Counted from the first letter of the stretch, positions 38,890 through 49,173 are shown. The stretch is 64,000 nt of DNA from Methanothrix sp. (GCA_037128175.1 JBAXWY010000007.1:25351-89350); one strand, 5' to 3'. The notes: generated by a model from the sequence alone, not told the origin. Program-made: numbers and translations.

Positions 38890-39699
38890 TCATGCTTCGG
38901 CAACTGCTTCGGCGACTCTCAACCTGGCATGTTCATCTTTCATCTCAAAAATTCTATCCGCTTCCTGTTCTAATAGATTCTGAGATTCATTTGGATATTT
39001 AGAGAGATCGTAAACAATCGCAATCATTTCGACCTGTTGGTTCACTCTTTGCCAAAGCAGGGGGTCCAGTAGCTTTGAGGCGACATGCTGCCGTTTGTCT
39101 GATGTGCTGGAGTTCGCATGGCTAATAATCTGTATAAGCCTATTTTTATTAGCGGGGGACATATCGCTATGTATTGTTATTCCATCCAGCTTAATTGATC
39201 GGGGCTTGGTTAGTTTTAGAGCCCATCCAATGGCATCATCCCTTGGACGCTCGGAATAGTCATTGATGAGGGTGTCTAAGATAGTCCTTCTTACTGTTTG
39301 AGGAAATTTATCTTCGACTGTAGATATGGGTTTTGCCTCGAAAAATGTGGGTAGCCTGGAAATGCCTTGAATATACTTAAGAATGCCATCGTGCGAATCT
39401 AGATAGCATAAATCAAGGCTTCCTCTTATCTGCTGGATATTATAGCGTTCATAATAATCCAATTTATAGGGCCAGTACTCAAAGTCCTCAATAACTCGTA
39501 ATGAGCTAATCTGATTGAGCGTTTGCCCTCCATCGGTTATGCGCCCATCTTCTGTGATGTACAGGGAAACCGGCGCTCCCATCCAATCAAGATACGGAGT
39601 AGTTACCTTTATGGCATTTTTTCTGACCGAGGAACACTCTATGCTGCTGCAAATTGCCTCTTTTATTTTCGAAAAAAGAGCTTCCTGATCTTTATTCAT
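38890..39699 (-). CDS. DUF1828-like protein with alpha/beta C-terminal domain
   Basis: VTTPYLDWMGAPVSLYI...ITDGGQTL resembles the DUF1828 N-terminal pattern (recognition only). Confidence 0.6.
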   Translation of the reverse strand: MNKDQEALFSKIKEAICSSIECSSVRKNAIKVTTPYLDWMGAPVSLYITEDGRITDGGQTLNQISSLRVIEDFEYWPYKLDYYERYNIQQIRGSLDLCYLDSHDGILKYIQGISRLPTFFEAKPISTVEDKFPQTVRRTILDTLINDYSERPRDDAIGWALKLTKPRSIKLDGITIHSDMSPANKNRLIQIISHANSSTSDKRQHVASKLLDPLLWQRVNQQVEMIAIVYDLSKYPNESQNLLEQEADRIFEMKDEHARLRVAEAVAEA

Positions 39700-40276
39700 A
39701 AAACTCCTCTAATCCTTTCTGCACGGCCTTTTTTAATGGCATTTCAATAGCATTCAATCTTCCATCACTAAAATAGTAGTGGTTTAAAAAGGCTTCCAAG
39801 AGCTCTGCAGAGTTCATGCCCGCCTGAAGGCTTGATGGCACAGGTCGTCGTGTTCCAGGCGCACCGTTTATTCTATGAAAAAAGTCTAGCTCATGGAAAT
39901 GTGGATAATCATCAAGTCTCCTTCCGTCTGCTGCTCTAAAGGGTCCACTATGCGACTGATGAGCCATTAGTAGATAGTCAAAGCCATCTGGTTTTACGTA
40001 GATTTTGAATCCTTCATATTCAACATAATAGCCTGAAATGTGCAGTTTATCCGCATAATGGCCAGGTAGAATTTCTGAAGACACTCGATGAGCATCTAGG
40101 TTTACTGCGTCCTCATCATTACAATATGGACACGGCGTAAGTTCAAGCGGGCCGCCTTCAACCACTTTCGGGTTTTCTCCTAACCACGCCTCGTAGATTA
40201 CAGGATCTAGCCTAACTGATTCGTCCCTTCTAGCCGTGTATAATCCCCTCGATTCATTGAATAAATTCTTCTTCAA
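39692..40276 (-). CDS. Hypothetical protein with CxxC and a His-rich DG...PHxH motif (DUF6978-like)
   Basis: CPYC; HQSHSGPFRAADG...YPHFHE; stop overlaps the next gene's ATG by 8 bp. Confidence 0.6.
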   Translation of the reverse strand: MKKNLFNESRGLYTARRDESVRLDPVIYEAWLGENPKVVEGGPLELTPCPYCNDEDAVNLDAHRVSSEILPGHYADKLHISGYYVEYEGFKIYVKPDGFDYLLMAHQSHSGPFRAADGRRLDDYPHFHELDFFHRINGAPGTRRPVPSSLQAGMNSAELLEAFLNHYYFSDGRLNAIEMPLKKAVQKGLEEFYE

Positions 40277-40573
40277 TGATGAAATAGTTTGGGGTCAAAA
40301 AATCGAATCGCCTTCTGCGAAATTGTCACACATGGAACTGACACAAAAAATTTCTTACAGTTCAATTATCCACATCAATTCGCTTTGCAGCTTGTGAGCA
40401 TTGAGGCTCGATGCTCGCGATGGATAAGCCGGAGATGTCTCACTCCTTCGCGGCCATTGAAATATCTGCCACTTCATGAGCGGAAGGTATATTTTCTCTC
40501 CAGACTGCAAAGAAAGCGATTCATAGATGAAGAAACAAAAACAAATACTGGCAATGGAGCCGGAATCAATACC

Positions 40574-41722
40574 ATGACCGATAAAACTGATCTGAAAGCC
40601 AGGGAATCAGAGGCCATAATCCAGACCTACGCCCGTCAGGATGTAGTCCTGGTGCGCGGCAGTAAAGCCCGTGTTTGGGACTCGGAAGGAAAGGAGTATC
40701 TGGATTTTGTGGCCGGCATCGCTGTGAACAACGTGGGCCACTGCCACCCGGCTGTAGCCAAAGCTGTAGCCAGGCAGGCTGAGACGCTCATCCACACCTC
40801 CAACCTCTACTACACGGAAAATCAGGTGCTTTTGGCGGAGGAGCTGAAGGCTCTCACCGGCATGAAGAGGGCCTACTTTTGCAACTCCGGAGCGGAGAGC
40901 GTGGAGGCGGCCTTGAAGCTGACGCGCCGCAGCACGGGCAAATCGAAGATCGTGGCCGCGGAGCGCGCCTTTCACGGCCGCACCCTGGGCGCTTTAGGCA
41001 CCACCTACAAATCCATCTACCGCGCGCCTTTCCAGCCGTTGAACGAAGCGACATTCGTTCCCTTTAACGATGTGGAAGCCCTGAAAGCCGCTGTGACGGC
41101 AGAGACTGGCGCCGTCATCCTGGAGCCGGTGCAGGGAGAAGCCGGAGTCTATGTGGCCGATGCCGAATACCTGCGTGCTGCGCGGCAAATTTGCGATGAT
41201 AAGAGTGCGCTGCTCATTTTCGATGAGGTGCAGACCGGCTTTGGGCGTACCGGAAAGTGGTTTGGCAAAGATCACTTCGGCGTTATGCCGGACATCATCA
41301 CCCTGGCCAAAGCCCTTGGAGGAGGCCTGCCCATCGGCGCCATGCTGGCCTCTGGCCCAGCGGCGGAGGCCTTCCAGAAGGGCGACCATGGCTCCACCTT
41401 CGCCGGAGGCCCCCTCATCTGCGCCGCTGCTCTTGCCACCATTCAGGTCATAAAGGATGAGAAGCTGGTGCAAAGGTCCGAGGAGATGGGCGCATACCTG
41501 AAGAGCCGGCTGGCAAAGCTCGTGCCCCGCGAAATACGCGGCCTGGGATTGATGGTGGGCCTGGATCTGGACACGGACTGCAAGGCTCTGGTGGAGAAGG
41601 CTCTGCAAAAGGGCGTTCTGCTCAACAGCACCGGCGAGCACACCCTGCGCTTCATACCGCCCCTGGTAGTCGAAAAAGAAGAGATCGATAAAGTGGTGAG
41701 CGTGATTGGAGAGTCACTCTGA
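40574..41722 (+). CDS. argD: Acetylornithine aminotransferase
   Basis: YLDFVAGIAVNNVGH, NSGAESVEAALK, FHGRT, DEVQTGFGRTG, LAKALGGG, HGSTF. Confidence 0.93.
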   Translation: MTDKTDLKARESEAIIQTYARQDVVLVRGSKARVWDSEGKEYLDFVAGIAVNNVGHCHPAVAKAVARQAETLIHTSNLYYTENQVLLAEELKALTGMKRAYFCNSGAESVEAALKLTRRSTGKSKIVAAERAFHGRTLGALGTTYKSIYRAPFQPLNEATFVPFNDVEALKAAVTAETGAVILEPVQGEAGVYVADAEYLRAARQICDDKSALLIFDEVQTGFGRTGKWFGKDHFGVMPDIITLAKALGGGLPIGAMLASGPAAEAFQKGDHGSTFAGGPLICAAALATIQVIKDEKLVQRSEEMGAYLKSRLAKLVPREIRGLGLMVGLDLDTDCKALVEKALQKGVLLNSTGEHTLRFIPPLVVEKEEIDKVVSVIGESL

Positions 41723-42776
41723 TTCCTGGCGGCAAGCCAGGCTTCGACCAGCCTTAGGTCGGCTTATGCCCTACGTGGCCGGCAAGGGCTTTGGCGAGAT
41801 TTCCCGCAAATATGGCCTCGCGCTGGAAACGATAGTGAAGCTGGGCAGCAACGAGAATCCCTATGGCCCCAGCCCCGGCGTAGTCCAAGCTCTGGCGGGC
41901 ATCTCCCCGGAGAGATACCCTGAGCCCGAGGAGTTGATAGCGGGCATCGCCAGCTACACCGGCTTTCCCGAAGAGATGATCATAATAGGAGCGGGCATGG
42001 ACGGGGTTATGGACACCCTGACCCGCCTCTTTTTGGAAAAGGGCGATCGGACATTCATTCCCACTCCTACCTTCAGCTATTATGAGATACTGACCATCAC
42101 CGCCGGGGCTACGCCTTGCCTCGCCCCCCGGGGCCCTCATTTTGAGATCGCTTGCGACGTGCCGCCCGACACAAAGATGGCCTTTCTCTGCTCACCCAAC
42201 AATCCCACCGGCAATGTGACGAGCGAGGAGGAGGTTCGCGCTCTGCTGGAGAGCACGGAGGCTATTGTGTTCCTGGACGAGGCTTATGTGGAATTTGCCG
42301 ACAAAAGCCTGGTCAGGCTGGTGGAGCAGTACGATAACCTGATCGTGGGCCGCACATTGTCCAAAGCCTTCGGTCTGGCCGGCATGCGCCTGGGCTACGC
42401 CGTGGCACCCCAGTGGATCGCCGATCAATACAGAAGGGCTGCGCCTCCCTTTTATGGCATCAGCTGTGCAACGGTTGCGGCAGGAGTTGCGGTGTTGTCC
42501 GATCTGCCTTTCATGCGAGGGTCCGTAGAAAAGATCATCTCCGATCGGCAGCGGCTGCAATGGGAGATAAAAGCGCACCCATCCCAGGCTAACTTCCTGT
42601 ACCTGGATACTCCGCAAGACTCTCGTGAATATGTGGAGAGATTTCTGGCCAGAGGCATCATCATTAGAGATTGCCGCTCCTTTTGGGGGGCAGGCGAGCA
42701 TCATGCCCGGGTGACCGTGGGAACGCCGTTCGAAAATGACCGCTTCCTTTCCGCTTTCCTGGAAATATGCAAATAG
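41706..42776 (+). CDS. hisC: Histidinol-phosphate aminotransferase
   Basis: KLGSNENPYG, SPNNPTG, DEAYVEF, RTLSKAFGLAGMRLGY. Confidence 0.93.
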   Translation: MESHSDSWRQARLRPALGRLMPYVAGKGFGEISRKYGLALETIVKLGSNENPYGPSPGVVQALAGISPERYPEPEELIAGIASYTGFPEEMIIIGAGMDGVMDTLTRLFLEKGDRTFIPTPTFSYYEILTITAGATPCLAPRGPHFEIACDVPPDTKMAFLCSPNNPTGNVTSEEEVRALLESTEAIVFLDEAYVEFADKSLVRLVEQYDNLIVGRTLSKAFGLAGMRLGYAVAPQWIADQYRRAAPPFYGISCATVAAGVAVLSDLPFMRGSVEKIISDRQRLQWEIKAHPSQANFLYLDTPQDSREYVERFLARGIIIRDCRSFWGAGEHHARVTVGTPFENDRFLSAFLEICK

Positions 42777-43270
42777 CACTGACCGGGACTCCCGGCACGG
42801 GAAAGACCACCATTGCCGGGCTTTTGCCCTACCGGGTCATCGATATAAATGCCCTGGTGAAGGGGGGCATGAATTTCGGCATAGATCCAAAGAGGGGCTG
42901 TCTGGAAGCGGACATGGATGCGCTTGCCTGCTATCTGGCAAGGCTGGACCCGGATGAGACCCTTATATTGGAAGGCCATTTCTCCCATCACTTTGCAGAC
43001 TGGTCCATAGTTTTGCGGCTTTCTCCAGACGTGCTCAAGTCGCGGCTGGAGGCACGGGGCTATTCTGCCGAAAAAATTAGGGAAAACCTGGAGGCAGAAG
43101 CACTGGATGTCATTTTAGTCGAGGCGGTAGAGTTTTGCGATCGGGTTGATGAGATAGACACAACCGGAAAGAGTACCTCTGAGGTGGCAGAAATGGTGGC
43201 GAGAATAATCCAGGGAAGGCTTATGCTCCCTGCCGGCCAGGTGAACTGGCTGGATGAATTTTTTGGCTGA
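42767..43270 (+). CDS. Archaeal adenylate kinase (AK6/Fap7 type)
   Basis: GTPGTGKTT, EGHFSH, RGYSAEKIRENLEAE. Confidence 0.9.
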   Translation: MQIALTGTPGTGKTTIAGLLPYRVIDINALVKGGMNFGIDPKRGCLEADMDALACYLARLDPDETLILEGHFSHHFADWSIVLRLSPDVLKSRLEARGYSAEKIRENLEAEALDVILVEAVEFCDRVDEIDTTGKSTSEVAEMVARIIQGRLMLPAGQVNWLDEFFG

Positions 43271-43289
43271 TTGAATGATTTCGATATCT

Positions 43290-44558
43290 TTAGCCAGGGG
43301 CGGTACTGGTCTTTATTTCGGTCAGCAGCTCCACCGAGGGAAGCATCATTTTATTTTGGTCGCACACCTCTAGGAGATGGCCGATGCGCCCGGCTGCCTT
43401 TTCTAGAAAATTGAGGCTATATGTGCAATTTTCGTCAGTACTGGCAACGACCACCGCTCCCTTTGCCTCGCCGGCACTTCTTATGGGCGCCGACATCCAG
43501 CTATGTTGTGAGCTCGCCTCACATTTATGGACCCGAGGCAGGACCAGAAGAAGGCCTAATTCCATTCCATTGATAAATTCGATCAGTTCCTCCACCGATC
43601 CGTGCAACGCTCGCAGCACCAGGCCGCTCTCTTCCTGGAGAAATACTCCGCCGACCTGTACACCTCCCACTCCCGCGATGAGGTGGGCCAGGGCATCGGT
43701 CAGCCTCTTATCCATATCGACCGAAGAAGGCAAACAGGTCTGCATTATGCCGTCAATGGCGGCAAGTTCCCGGTTTGCTTGCATTATTCCAATCTCCAGC
43801 TCTTTTCTTGCCGTTATGTCCAGGAGATTGCCAAGAATGGCTCTCTTGCCTTCGTACTCAATTGGGACGGTCCTAAACTCAATCCAGCGACAGGTTCCGT
43901 CTTTGCGCTGCACCTTTGACTCATAAACGGGTATATCGGACAGCAAGTCACGCTGCAGGCGGCTCACGCACTGCATATCATCGGGCTTCACGAGCTGCCA
44001 GAAGGGCAGGCCAAGCAGGCTCTCTGCAGAACAGCCGAATATCTCGCCCAGTTTTGGATTGACAAGCCGAAAAGCCCCCTCTTGCAAAATGTAAATACCT
44101 GCCAGGGCGTTCTCCACAATATTTCTGTGGATTCTCTCCGATCGCTCGATCTGCCCACGCATTGCTCTTTCGTTACCCTTGAATCTGGCCTCTTGAATAA
44201 GGTTCTCGAAGACATAGGGGAGGCTCTTGAAGCTTTCCAGGCTCTTGACCACATATTTGGTTGCCCGGTTTTCAAAGGCCACCACCGCCATCTCTGTAGT
44301 GCCGTGGCCGGAAACCATGACTACAGGAATGTCTGGATCAAGCTTTCTGATCCTTACCAGAACATCCAGGCCCCCAATGCCGGGCAATACCAGGTCCACG
44401 GAGATCAGGTCATAGGCGGTGGCGGCGATCATCTTCAGCCCCTCTTCACCGGAGGCGGCAAAGTCTAAGAAGAATTCATCATGCCTTCTAAATCCTATTT
44501 TAATCAGATCGGCATGCTCCGGATCATCCTCAATAATTAGTATGCGAAATCCTGCCAT
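43290..44558 (-). CDS. Response regulator with PAS and GAF-like domains
   Basis: IEDD...SVDLVLPG...VSGHG receiver; NIVENALAGIY PAS. Confidence 0.85.
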   Translation of the reverse strand: MAGFRILIIEDDPEHADLIKIGFRRHDEFFLDFAASGEEGLKMIAATAYDLISVDLVLPGIGGLDVLVRIRKLDPDIPVVMVSGHGTTEMAVVAFENRATKYVVKSLESFKSLPYVFENLIQEARFKGNERAMRGQIERSERIHRNIVENALAGIYILQEGAFRLVNPKLGEIFGCSAESLLGLPFWQLVKPDDMQCVSRLQRDLLSDIPVYESKVQRKDGTCRWIEFRTVPIEYEGKRAILGNLLDITARKELEIGIMQANRELAAIDGIMQTCLPSSVDMDKRLTDALAHLIAGVGGVQVGGVFLQEESGLVLRALHGSVEELIEFINGMELGLLLVLPRVHKCEASSQHSWMSAPIRSAGEAKGAVVVASTDENCTYSLNFLEKAAGRIGHLLEVCDQNKMMLPSVELLTEIKTSTAPG

Positions 44559-44644
44559 GAGAATCCTTCCCTGCTCAAAATAATGATAATAGATTTGCAT
44601 ATTTCAGTCTTTCTACTTATCGCCATAGATTTAATAGCCTGCAA

Positions 44645-46798
44645 ATGCATAAAGCAGGAAAGATGAAACTATGCATTGTCCTCTTTCTCTTGCTTCTCGT
44701 CGCTTCCTGCCAGGCTAAGACACTGATTGTCGATCCGGGCGAATCAGGAGATGCTAAGACGCTTTTGGCCGCCATATTCCTGGCCGGCAATGGAGATACG
44801 ATTCAAATCTTGCCTGGAAATTATGCAGGAGCAATTGTTGACAAAAGCGTGAACATCTCCGGCACAGGTACTGTTATTGTAGACGGATCATTAGCTGTAA
44901 CTGCGCCCGGCTGCAAGGTTTCCGACATCACCATAAAGGCCAGTGGAAAAGATGCCGGCATAAGCCTTGTCTCCCCCAACAATCAACTCGTGCGCTGCAC
45001 AGTAATCGGCATCGCGACGGCCGTCAAAGTGACCGGTGAGAATAATTCTATAAGGGATTGCCGGATCGATTCGCCTCAGGGTGTCGAGATCTTCGGCGCG
45101 AAAAATGAGGTTCTACAGAGCACCATCTCGGGCAGCACTGCCATTAGGATCAACGGCACCGGAGGGTGCATGATTTCCGGCTGCCAGATATCTGCTTTGC
45201 AAGGTGGGGTGCTGATAGAAGACTCCCGGGGAAACTACGTTGTCAATAACACATTTTCTGGAAACGGATTTGGAGTAGTGCTCACCAGATCCCATGGCAA
45301 CGATGTTTCTTATAACAACCTGTCCCGTGGCTATGTGAGCGGTCTTGATGTTGTCGACTCTCGCAGCAGTAACCTGACAAAAAACTACATAACAGGCGGT
45401 AAAGTCGGCATAAGCCTGCGCGGATCGCAAAATTGCAACGTCTCCGGCAACATCTGTGAGAAGAACGAGCGGGCTGGAATATTTGCGGAAGGAGCCGATC
45501 AAAACCTCCTGGTGAGCAATAATCTTTCCGAGAACGGCAACGGCATCCTTCTTCAGGGCTCAATGGAAAACACTCTTATCTCCAACCAGGCATACCGGAA
45601 TGTCTATGGAATATCTTTGCGTGGCGGCACGAAAAATATGCTGAGGGAGAACGTCCTTTTGGAAAACTCTTACAACCTACGCGTTGATTCCGGCCAGGAA
45701 CGATCAGGGTCATCAAATCATGATTTCTTTGTGCAGGACATAGACCCGAGCAATCTTCTGGACAATAAGCCGATCTGTTATCTGGTTGGAAAAGCCGATC
45801 TCATGGTGCCAACGGACTTGGGCTTTTTGGGGCTTGTATCTTGTAAAAACATTAGTGCCTCCAACTTAACCATAAAAAACAGCAGCAATGGCGTGTTGCT
45901 GGTCAATTCCACCAACTGCAATATCCAAAACAGCAGCATCTCATGGGCGGAAACGGGTTTTCTCCTTCAAGACAGCCAAGCCTGCACCATATCTCAGAGC
46001 CAGGCCGTGAACTGCAACACTGGCTTTCTGGTCGAAGCATCATCCGGGTGCCAGTTTGCCTACGACCTGGCCCGCAATTGTTCTGCCGAGGGCTTTCGCG
46101 CTGACAACGCACAGGGCCTGAGCCTATTGGGGTGCGAAATACAGTTCTGCCGAAGCGGTATAGCTCTTCATGAATCCCGGCTATGCAGGATTCAAAACTG
46201 TAGTACCAGTAAAAACCAGGGGGAGGGGGTGCTTCTTAGCAAATCCCATAATTGCTCTCTTATCGGAAATGCAGCATTTTCCAATGATCGGGGCATATCT
46301 CTTACGGGTAGCAACTCCTGTCTCCTGCAGGCAAATAATGCCAGCGATAACAAGTTAGACGGCATATCTTTGCAGCAGCTATCAAATGTTAATATCCAGA
46401 ACAACATCGCCATAAGAAACGGCCAGGGAATTTATGTCCAGTCCTCTCGTCGATTGAACCTTTCTGGAAATATACTGGGTGAGAATAATCGTTTTGGCCT
46501 GCGCATGAGCAGCTCTAAGGATTGCAACATCTCCGAGAATAACATCTATGATAATCAGATCGTGGGCGCTAATTTAGTGGACTGCGCAAGACTTTTGCTC
46601 TACCACAACGTCTTCGCGAAAAATGGCATCCAGAATGCTGCGGATAACGGGCAAAACCAGTGGGATGGCGGGCCTAGTGCCGGTGGCAACTACTGGAGCG
46701 ACCATTCCGTCTTAGGCAATCCTGCCGATGTGCCGCGCCAAATTCCCGGGGGCGGCGTTGATCATTATCCGTTTCAGGACTCGTGGGGGTGGCAATGA
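44645..46798 (+). CDS. Secreted NosD/CASH parallel beta-helix protein
   Basis: Signal peptide, many N-x-x-x-x-N-x-x-GI repeats, GGNYWSD...DHYP terminus. Confidence 0.88.
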   Translation: MHKAGKMKLCIVLFLLLLVASCQAKTLIVDPGESGDAKTLLAAIFLAGNGDTIQILPGNYAGAIVDKSVNISGTGTVIVDGSLAVTAPGCKVSDITIKASGKDAGISLVSPNNQLVRCTVIGIATAVKVTGENNSIRDCRIDSPQGVEIFGAKNEVLQSTISGSTAIRINGTGGCMISGCQISALQGGVLIEDSRGNYVVNNTFSGNGFGVVLTRSHGNDVSYNNLSRGYVSGLDVVDSRSSNLTKNYITGGKVGISLRGSQNCNVSGNICEKNERAGIFAEGADQNLLVSNNLSENGNGILLQGSMENTLISNQAYRNVYGISLRGGTKNMLRENVLLENSYNLRVDSGQERSGSSNHDFFVQDIDPSNLLDNKPICYLVGKADLMVPTDLGFLGLVSCKNISASNLTIKNSSNGVLLVNSTNCNIQNSSISWAETGFLLQDSQACTISQSQAVNCNTGFLVEASSGCQFAYDLARNCSAEGFRADNAQGLSLLGCEIQFCRSGIALHESRLCRIQNCSTSKNQGEGVLLSKSHNCSLIGNAAFSNDRGISLTGSNSCLLQANNASDNKLDGISLQQLSNVNIQNNIAIRNGQGIYVQSSRRLNLSGNILGENNRFGLRMSSSKDCNISENNIYDNQIVGANLVDCARLLLYHNVFAKNGIQNAADNGQNQWDGGPSAGGNYWSDHSVLGNPADVPRQIPGGGVDHYPFQDSWGWQ

Positions 46799-47256
46799 TA
46801 GATCAAAAGGATCTTGATCTCCTCAAGATCGCCCAGGACGGAGTGCTTCTTACATCGCGACCCTATCAGGTCTTAGGAGATCTGGTGGGCATATCCGAGC
46901 AGGAAGTTATAGTTCGCCTCTGTGCCCTGCAAGAGGCGGGCATAATTCGTCGCTTTGCCGCCACCATTGGTCACAGGGCTCTGGGAATTGTGGCCAATGC
47001 CATGATTGCCTGGAAAGCGGCACCAGAAGATGTGGAAAGGGCAGGCGTGCTATTTGCCTCAGTCGATGAGGTCACCCACTGTTACGAGAGGGCGACAGCC
47101 GAGGACTGGCCTTATAATCTTTACACCATGGTACACTCAAAAAGCCGGGATGACTGCCTAAAGATCGCAGACCAGCTCTCCCAAAGATCAGGCATAAGTG
47201 ATTACAGGGTGCTATTTAGCGATTTTGAGTACAAGAAGACCAGTGCCCGGATTTAG
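46795..47256 (+). CDS. ahbB: Siroheme decarboxylase subunit (Lrp/AsnC-like)
   Basis: RPY...GIIRRFAA...ANAM...VTHCYER...WPYNLYTMVH; upstream of sirC/hemA. Confidence 0.85.
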   Translation: MIDQKDLDLLKIAQDGVLLTSRPYQVLGDLVGISEQEVIVRLCALQEAGIIRRFAATIGHRALGIVANAMIAWKAAPEDVERAGVLFASVDEVTHCYERATAEDWPYNLYTMVHSKSRDDCLKIADQLSQRSGISDYRVLFSDFEYKKTSARI

Positions 47257-47267
47257 TCGAGGCGACA

Positions 47268-47975
47268 ATGGCCGAACAAATTGATATCGAATCAAGAAGG
47301 CCGCAAATCCCCCTTTTTCTGGACCTCACGGCGCGGCTTGTGGTGATTTTTGGTGGTGGAGCGGTTGGGGAGCGCAAAGCCAGGCTGTTTTCCCAATATG
47401 GACCGGTGAGAGTTTTGTCTCGCGATTTCTCCCCCGGCTTCCTGGATCTGGCGGCGGACCCGCAAAGGCAGATTGAGCTCGTGGAGTGCGATCTAACCTG
47501 CGATTTTGGCAATTATCTTCGGGGTGCATTCATTGTAATACCTGCCACCAGCGACTCAAAATTAAATCGCGCCATCGAGGAGGAGGCGCGCTCTCGGAAA
47601 ATCCTCGTGAACAAAGTGGAGGGCGTTGGGGATGTGGTGGTTCCATCTATTCTGCAAAGGGGCTCTATTGCCATTGCCATCTCTACACAAAGCCCAGGCC
47701 TTACCAAGTACCTTCGCCTCCGTCTGGAAGAGGAGCTTACTGAGAATTATCAGGACATGGCCCGGTTGCTCTCAGAGATAAGGGTGGAGAACAAAGAAAT
47801 TGTGCCCCTGCAGAAGGATCGCGCCCGCATAATCTGGGAGATACTATTGGACGATGAGGTTTGGAGGCTTCTTTTAGTCTCCTATGAAAAGGCCTATATG
47901 AGAGCCCGCTCACATGTTTGCCTCGATGAGCGAGATAGCCTCGATGCTGGTGACACACCGCAAGGCCTCCATTGA
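47268..47975 (+). CDS. sirC: Precorrin-2 dehydrogenase / sirohydrochlorin ferrochelatase (CysG N-terminal type)
   Basis: PLFLDL, GGGAVGERK, AISTQSPGL. Confidence 0.85.
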   Translation: MAEQIDIESRRPQIPLFLDLTARLVVIFGGGAVGERKARLFSQYGPVRVLSRDFSPGFLDLAADPQRQIELVECDLTCDFGNYLRGAFIVIPATSDSKLNRAIEEEARSRKILVNKVEGVGDVVVPSILQRGSIAIAISTQSPGLTKYLRLRLEEELTENYQDMARLLSEIRVENKEIVPLQKDRARIIWEILLDDEVWRLLLVSYEKAYMRARSHVCLDERDSLDAGDTPQGLH

Positions 47976-49173
47976 TGAGATTGAGCTGGCCTGGCACGGA
48001 GATGTACAGACCCTTCTTAAATGGGTGGGCTCACTGGAGAGGGTGGAAGAGTGCGCTGTGCTCAAGACTTGCAATCGTGTCGAGATTTATGTCGTTAGTG
48101 CGCGCGGCGAGAAGGTGCTCTTCGACCTGGCCAAAAAGGCGCGCGTTTCTTCTCGCATAATCGATTTTCATGATCATGATGAGTCTCTGCTTCACCTTTT
48201 GCGCCTGGCCTCGGGGCTTGAGTCCATGATCATCGGCGAGGATCAGATCCTGGGTCAGATGAAGGATCTGGTGCAGATGGCAGCTAAGGCGGGAACGACA
48301 GGATGGATGCTGGATACAGCCTTCAAAAAAGCCATTGCTGTTGGAAAACGGGTAAGAAAAGAGACCAAAATTAACGAGAGGTCCGTATCAGTGGGATCTG
48401 CCGCGGTTGACCTGGCCGAAGAAATTCTAGGGGATTTAAAGGGATTGTCCGTTCTGGTAATTGGTGCCGGGGAGACGGGAGAGCTGATATCACGAGCGCT
48501 CTTGGCCCGGGAAATCGGCTCGCTGGTGGTTACCAACAGGACCTACAGCTCAGCCCAGTGTCTGGCCGAATGCTTGGGTGCGAAGGCCGTGCCATTCGAG
48601 GAGATGAAGACTTTCCTTAAGACTGCCGATGTGGTTATCAGCGCCACCTCTGCGCCCCATTATATCCTGCTTAAAGAGGACATCGAGAAGGCCATGGCGG
48701 GAAGAGAGGATAAGCTGCTCATAATAGATATTGCCAATCCCAGAGACGTAGACGAGGCGGCGGCAGAGGTGGCAGGCGTTGAGCTGCATAACATTGACAG
48801 CCTGAAGAATATCAGCAGCGAGAACATGTTGCTCAGGATGGCAGAGGCCAATCGGGTCGAGGCCATCATCGCCGAAGAGATGCAGCTACTAAAGGCCAAA
48901 TATAAAAGAAAACAGGCCGAGGATCTGCTGGCCCGGCTATATTCCAAGGCCGAGGTCATCAAGGATCAAGAGGTAAAAAGGGCCATGAACAAGCTATCTG
49001 CCCGGCATACTTTGGGCGAGATCGAGCAGCAGGTACTGCAGGACATGAGCCATTCCATTGTAAACAAGCTCTTCTCCGAGCCCACCAAGACTCTCAAGCG
49101 GGCGGCAGAGCTTGGGGACACAACGGTCCTTAATGCGGTCAGCGAGCTATTCCGTCTGGAGGAAAATATATGA
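47914..49173 (+). CDS. hemA: Glutamyl-tRNA reductase
   Basis: TCNRVE, SGLESMIIGEDQILGQ, GAGETG, DIANPRDV. Confidence 0.95.
   Translation: MFASMSEIASMLVTHRKASIDEIELAWHGDVQTLLKWVGSLERVEECAVLKTCNRVEIYVVSARGEKVLFDLAKKARVSSRIIDFHDHDESLLHLLRLASGLESMIIGEDQILGQMKDLVQMAAKAGTTGWMLDTAFKKAIAVGKRVRKETKINERSVSVGSAAVDLAEEILGDLKGLSVLVIGAGETGELISRALLAREIGSLVVTNRTYSSAQCLAECLGAKAVPFEEMKTFLKTADVVISATSAPHYILLKEDIEKAMAGREDKLLIIDIANPRDVDEAAAEVAGVELHNIDSLKNISSENMLLRMAEANRVEAIIAEEMQLLKAKYKRKQAEDLLARLYSKAEVIKDQEVKRAMNKLSARHTLGEIEQQVLQDMSHSIVNKLFSEPTKTLKRAAELGDTTVLNAVSELFRLEENI

Noticed and set aside
40289-40573. Integrase remnant (HSFA) and the long N-terminal extension of argD
   Set aside because: The context MSHSFA lacks the H-x-x-R motif; argD homology starts at ATG 40574.
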